64,000 nt of DNA, taken from positions 179,800,001 through 179,864,000 of the forward strand of contig OZ024741.1 of NCBI GenBank assembly GCA_964016885.1, read 5' to 3'. The notes below the pieces were generated by a model. It saw only the letters and a list, made by a program, of their open reading frames with translations, had not been told where the DNA came from and ran no database searches. Position 1 is the stretch's first letter, and every line of letters begins with the position of its first letter. Source of the DNA: Eledone cirrhosa (lineage: Eukaryota). Shown piece after piece: positions 58,901 through 64,000 of this stretch. A program made the translations under genes and the position numbers.

Positions 58901-59411
58901 CAACTTCCAGAAATCTCTGGCCTGGCAGTGCTACCGAGGAGCCTTGCCAGTTCGGGATAAACTCTACAGGCATGGAGGTGCCGTCAGCCGGGCATGTCCG
59001 AGATGCGCGCAGGGCGACGAAACCGTCCTGCACGCACTCGTCCAGTGTCCGAAAATTGCTGACTTGTGGGTTTATGTCGAACACCTGCTGTCGCGTTTAG
59101 GACGGATCCGGCTATCATCTGAGTCCATCGTGAGGATTGCCCCGCCCTCCTCCTTTAGCCGGGAAGGGCAGGCTGTTTTTATCTGTCTGGTGGCCATGGC
59201 GAAAGAGATAGTATGGTGGACACGTTTGAAAGGGCTGAAGACGAGCACTTACCTCTTCGGTGATGCTCTGATTGACTTTTTCAAATTTCATTTGAAAAGG
59301 AAAATCAGAGTAGAGAGGGAAGTGCTCTCTTCCCAGCATTTTGTTGAAAGATGGGTGAGAGAAGCAAGAATGGCCCGAGTGAATGGGCCTACTCTGAGTA
59401 TATATCTGTAA
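55992..59411 (+). pseudogene. Tx1 ORF2, single reading frame with one premature TAG (58272-58274)
   Basis: ORFs 55992-58274 and 58296-59411 are in the same frame; copy 1 has CAG at that codon; all APE/RT motifs and CPRC...H...C are present. Confidence 0.95.
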
Positions 59412-59670
59412 ATTAAAGGTGGAAAACTGGGAGAGGGCACTTGCCTTGGTGGTCAGGGTCATTGTGGCCTTTTACTGGGCTTTCTCCACAAATGTCCCTC
59501 CGAAGTCTCCCCCCTATTGGGGAATTTTTCATTGTTATTTTTTGTTACATCCTCTGTTTTTGTTTTTTACACGCAGAAATGCCCATTTGTACCGTCCTGT
59601 ATTGTCCTGCACTGCCCTTAATGTCTACTTTATGTAAACCCTTGTGGTTAATAAATAAATCATTATTATA

Positions 59671-59730
59671 CACTGGGTAATTGCTGGCCTTGTGCCTAAC
59701 GTAGAAACAATTATTATTATTATTATTATT
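59671..59730 (+). mobile_element. SINE family 2 3' tail fragment
   Basis: actgggtaattgctggccttgtgcctaacgtagaaacaattattatt matches 62303-62348. Confidence 0.8.
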
Positions 59731-60014
59731 ATTTTTATTTTATATTTCGCTGTCAACTTAATATTTTTTATTTTTTTATTTTTTTATTTTTTTATTTTTT
59801 TATTTTTTTATTTTTTTATTTTTTTATTTTCTTAATCCTTATTTTTTATGTGACGGCCTATTATGATTATTTATTCTTATTTGTGTGTGTGCATATGTAT
59901 CCTTTTGTATGTGAGTACATATGCATGTGTGTATATATATATATGTGTGTATGTATGTGTGTGTGTGTGTGTATGTATGTATGTGTATGTGTATATATAT
60001 GTATATATATATAT

Positions 60015-60069
<55 letters not shown>

Positions 60070-60285
60070 CATGTATATATAATTGTATAGATGTTCATCC
60101 CTCATATATTAGAGCAAACATCACGGACGCTCTATCTCAAAATTATTTTTGAAAAGCATTAGAAATGCGCGACCGGTAAAAACTTAAAACTAAAACTGAA
60201 TACTAACTAATACTTATTACTAATTTTTACTTATTCCTAATTAAACTATTTTTCACTGGGAAAAATTTGTCAGCATATTCTTTTC

Positions 60286-60342
<57 letters not shown>

Positions 60343-61938
60343 TATGCATGCATGTATATATGTTGTATGTATGTATACAAGCAGTGATACTGGCCGTTGC
60401 TTGGGTGCCAAATATTATTTGAATGACCTGTTTTTGTTAAAACTAAATGACTTGACTTCCATCTAGCAAACAGTTTTACAGGCTCCGAGACATACAGACA
60501 CACACACACTACACTGTTTCATGATACTGATACGCCGGTATATACATACACACACACATATATATATATATACTGTATATGTGTGTGTGTATGCGTGCGC
60601 GCATTGTATTATGAGCACACTGAAGCAATCCTGTCATTTGCTTCTGAAATTTTCGAAACCTTTGAATACTTTAAATGAATTCGAAATAACTTTCAGAAAA
60701 TAATAATGATGAAGATGATAATAATAATAATAACAAGAAGAAGAAGGAAATAAAATCAGAAAAATAATAATTAGAATTTTTTTCCTTGGGATAAAGTTGT
60801 TACATAATATAAAATCATACCATCAATTCCGTCTTCACAAAAAGAATGTTCCATTACGGAAATAGATTTTGAACGGCTTAAAACGGATTAAATCTGTAAC
60901 TAGGATATATTCTAGAAATTTCTACAACCAAATCAATGCAGCCATCTTAATAAAAATAATAGTTAAGCAATATTTGGCAAAATGATTTGCTGAATTTTTG
61001 TTTTTTATGTTCCTAACTTGTTTGTTTAAATACGGTTGAGGAAATGAAAAGTGAAGGATGCAATTAGAATAGCAAACGAGAGTTTTTTAGTGTGTTTTTT
61101 TATATTCATTTACAGAAGAAGCCAATAGAAATATTTATGTAGATAAATATAACACTCAGTAACTATACTGAAATGTTAAAAGGGAAGTTAGTCTTCTGTT
61201 AAATAAACTGCTTAGGAAAACTGGAATACTGAGAGCGAAACTAAAATGAATTATCACAACAGTGTCCACGAAAAGAATATGGAACACTGACTATAATGTA
61301 AACGATTCCTACAATGTGGCATTTTGGACAAAAGTTTTGGGTTATTTTTAAACTGTAGTCTCGGGTTAACTCAAGCCTTTTGAATAAAGTTGAGTAGACG
61401 AAAACTGTTTATCAGACTAAAACAAAAGATGTCTGCCTTTAGATAATTTGTTTTGCCTTGTTTGTCTATACACATGAGCAATATACCTAAACAAAAATAT
61501 ACTTAAATACACATAATTTAAACAAACGAAACAAACAACAGTAATAATAAACCTAATAAGATTATTTTAGAACAAAACATACAAACTTCAAAAGAAAGAA
61601 AATGTTATTTCTATAGACAATAATACTAATGGGGACAATCCTAACATGTTTGGCAACAACCTCAACAACAATACCAAAAACACTCATCCCCCACGTACAC
61701 ATACAAAATAAGTTTTAATGTTAACTATATAAGTCAAAATCCATCTTTTGAAAACATTACCTACAACGGACAAACTCTGGATATAGGCCACAGAACAACC
61801 ATTAAGCAGTAATATGTAATTAAAACAAACGCACTTATGCCAAAACCACAAGAAAACCACAAGAAAAGTGACATATTTCAGTAGTTCTAAAGTTTCAGGA
61901 ACTTTCTGTGTGCTCTTAAACCAAGAAATGGTTGTAGC

Positions 61939-62060
61939 CAGTGGCGGACTGGCCAGATTGCCAGATTGCCCAATGGCAAGTGGACCCCAGGGGGCCCACG
62001 GTAGCATTGCAAGAGCCCACAGTAGCATTGCATGGGCCACTGTAGTATTTTAGGGGCCAA
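61939..62060 (+). mobile_element. Possible hAT-like transposon end (solo)
   Basis: CAGTGGCGGACTGGCC start with GGGCCC/GGGGCC subterminal motifs; no partner TIR seen. Confidence 0.4.
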
Positions 62061-62170
62061 TGCTTAGCTTTCAAAAAATACCTGAAAGGATAAAATTAAG
62101 AGAAAGGATAAAATAAAAAATAAAATAAATAAAACAATTAAGCAAAGCATTTGGTCAACCAATTCCACAG

Positions 62171-62348
62171 GGTATTTAGAGAGTCGGACACCATGCTTTG
62201 AAGCATAGAGTTACGTTCCTTTATGATCTGAGTTCAAATCCCGCCGAGGTTAACTTTGCCTTTCATCCTTACGGGGTCGATAAAATAAAGTACCAGTAAT
62301 GTACTGGGTAATTGCTGGCCTTGTGCCTAAAATAGAAACAATTATTAG
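62171..62348 (+). mobile_element. SINE family 2
   Basis: B-box, core and tail ending in (ATT). Confidence 0.85.
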
Positions 62349-62716
62349 AAACCAAAATATACAATAGGGCAAATAGATGGAATGAGTGGTTGTACATTCT
62401 ACTAAATCTAAAGCTTAGTGTATTCATTCATGCATGCAAACATACATATATAGACACAGACACACAAGCATATATATATGTCTATTTTTATTTGACCTGT
62501 TTAGCTTGATTTGTTTTTTGGCTTAGGTGGTCAATGCCTTCTTAACCACTTTTTCAGTTTGTATGGCGTTTTAACATATTGTTTAGCTCTAGTTTTTTAA
62601 CTATTGAGCGCTTGCCAGCATTTCTACGATTTTGCGTTTCGTTTCGCTTTTTCTACCAGCCGAAATTCGATTCTCGCTGAATTATATTTATATATATATG
62701 TATATATATATATATA

Positions 62717-62801
<85 letters not shown>

Positions 62802-62986
62802 AGGATGAATATAAAATGAAAGTGCTTTTTTTAAAAAGGAATTTATTTCTACATTTTCTCCGGAATATAATTTATACTCGTTGAACAAACCGCTGTTCAT
62901 CTCTAACGTAACGATATATTATCACTACATTATTGATAACCTGAAATTTTATATATATATATATATATATATACATATATGTGTGT

Positions 62987-63097
<111 letters not shown>

Positions 63098-63196
63098 TCT
63101 GTTCGCATGCCAACACAAAAGCAAGATTGAAGGGTTCATTCTACTGACATGGCTATAAAATTTAAGCTTGTTTGCAAAATTGCATTGGCAGTATTG

Positions 63197-63380
63197 GATT
63201 GGCAGTATCGGTAGAGGGTCCGACGCTATGATATGCAGCATAGTTACGCCCCTTTACGGACTGAGTTCAAATCCCGCCAAGGTTAACTTTGCCTTTCATC
63301 CTTACGGGGTCGATAAAATAAAGTACCAGTAATGCACTGAGTATTTGCTGGCCTTGTGCCAAAAGTAGAAACAATTATTA
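63197..63380 (+). mobile_element. SINE family 2
   Basis: Full head, core and tail. Confidence 0.85.
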
Positions 63381-63436
63381 ATATTCGAAAACCTCAGATT
63401 ACATTTATTCTATTCAGCCATGTAGAGCGAAATTTT

Positions 63437-63466
<30 letters not shown>

Positions 63467-63472
<6 letters not shown>

Positions 63473-63836
63473 GGAAAAAATGAAACGAAACGAAACGAAA
63501 CGATGAAACGAAACGAAACGAAATTTCATTTATCTCTCTGAGTACGGCTGTTACTTAAATATAAGTAAGTATACGTACATACATATATCTATACAGACGT
63601 ACAGTAGTATGTATATATATATGCATACATGCACACATATATATATGTACGTATGGATTCACCGAACATTTATTATAATGCTCGGTGTGGTTGTAAACAA
63701 ACATCCCGAATTATACATATGTATGTATGTACGTATACTTACTTATATTTAAGTAACAGCCGTACTAAGAGTGAGAAATGAAATTTCGTTTCGTTTCGTT
63801 TCGTTTCATCGTTTCGTTTCATTTTTTTCCGTTTAT
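63467..63836. repeat. About 118-bp inverted repeat with (GAAAC)n, adjacent to (TA)n
   Basis: Arms 63467-63584 / 63718-63836. Confidence 0.85.
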
Positions 63837-63954
63837 CGTTTTCGGCACGCCCGGCCGAGTAACTCACTCGATATGCAAATTAGGGTGCTCAGCCGTTAGT
63901 ATGCATAAGGAAAGTATATACTTTCAGAGGTTCAACCATCTGGCAGGAAGGTAT

Positions 63955-63997
63955 ACGTTGCTGACGATAGCTAATAAGCTTGAAACTAGTACAGCGT
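63955..63997 (+). ncRNA. Minimal hammerhead ribozyme
   Basis: acgttg-CTGACGA-t agct aata agct t-GAAA-ctag-TA-cagcgt. Confidence 0.78.
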
Positions 63998-64000
63998 TCC

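Larger units (their letters stand above)
53778..59669 (+). mobile_element. Near full-length Tx1-clade non-LTR retrotransposon, copy 2
   Basis: Same architecture as copy 1 with a different 5' UTR and ORF1 N-terminus; begins directly after the (TTA)n tail of copy 1. Confidence 0.93.

Noticed and set aside
47976-59462. Antisense and alternative-frame ORFs over the Tx1 copies
   Set aside because: Shadow ORFs of GC-rich or low-complexity LINE sequence.

Overview
Eukaryotic, AT-rich, extremely microsatellite-dense DNA with no recognisable host gene. The repeat families resemble those of octopus/cephalopod genomes; that is inference from memory, not a database result. Almost all ORFs in the track are microsatellite read-throughs. 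Real content: (1) two near full-length Tx1-clade non-LTR retrotransposons head-to-tail between (TTA)n tracts (47691-59669), plus a third, internally deleted copy on the minus strand (17516-19800); (2) three coding Penelope-like element (PLE) remnants (RT and/or GIY-YIG) and many 90-250 bp PLE pseudo-LTR (pLTR)/tail fragments, nearly all inside (TA)n; (3) R4/Dong and RTE LINE fragments, two tRNA-derived SINE families, and Tc1/pogo- and piggyBac-type MITEs; (4) G-rich satellites and a 60-bp minisatellite. The most striking signal is about 12 minimal type-I hammerhead ribozyme motifs (8 with an intact CUGANGA/GAAA/UH core) from several unrelated sequence families. Most lie between 29 and 48 kb, and many sit in inverted (foldback) mini-elements that target (TA)n. 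Other leads: apparent (TTA)n targeting by the Tx1 family, a conserved splice donor at the Tx1 ORF1 stop that could fuse ORF1 to ORF2, a SINE 3' tail resembling the Tx1 3' end, and an RFX X-box near 27.07 kb.
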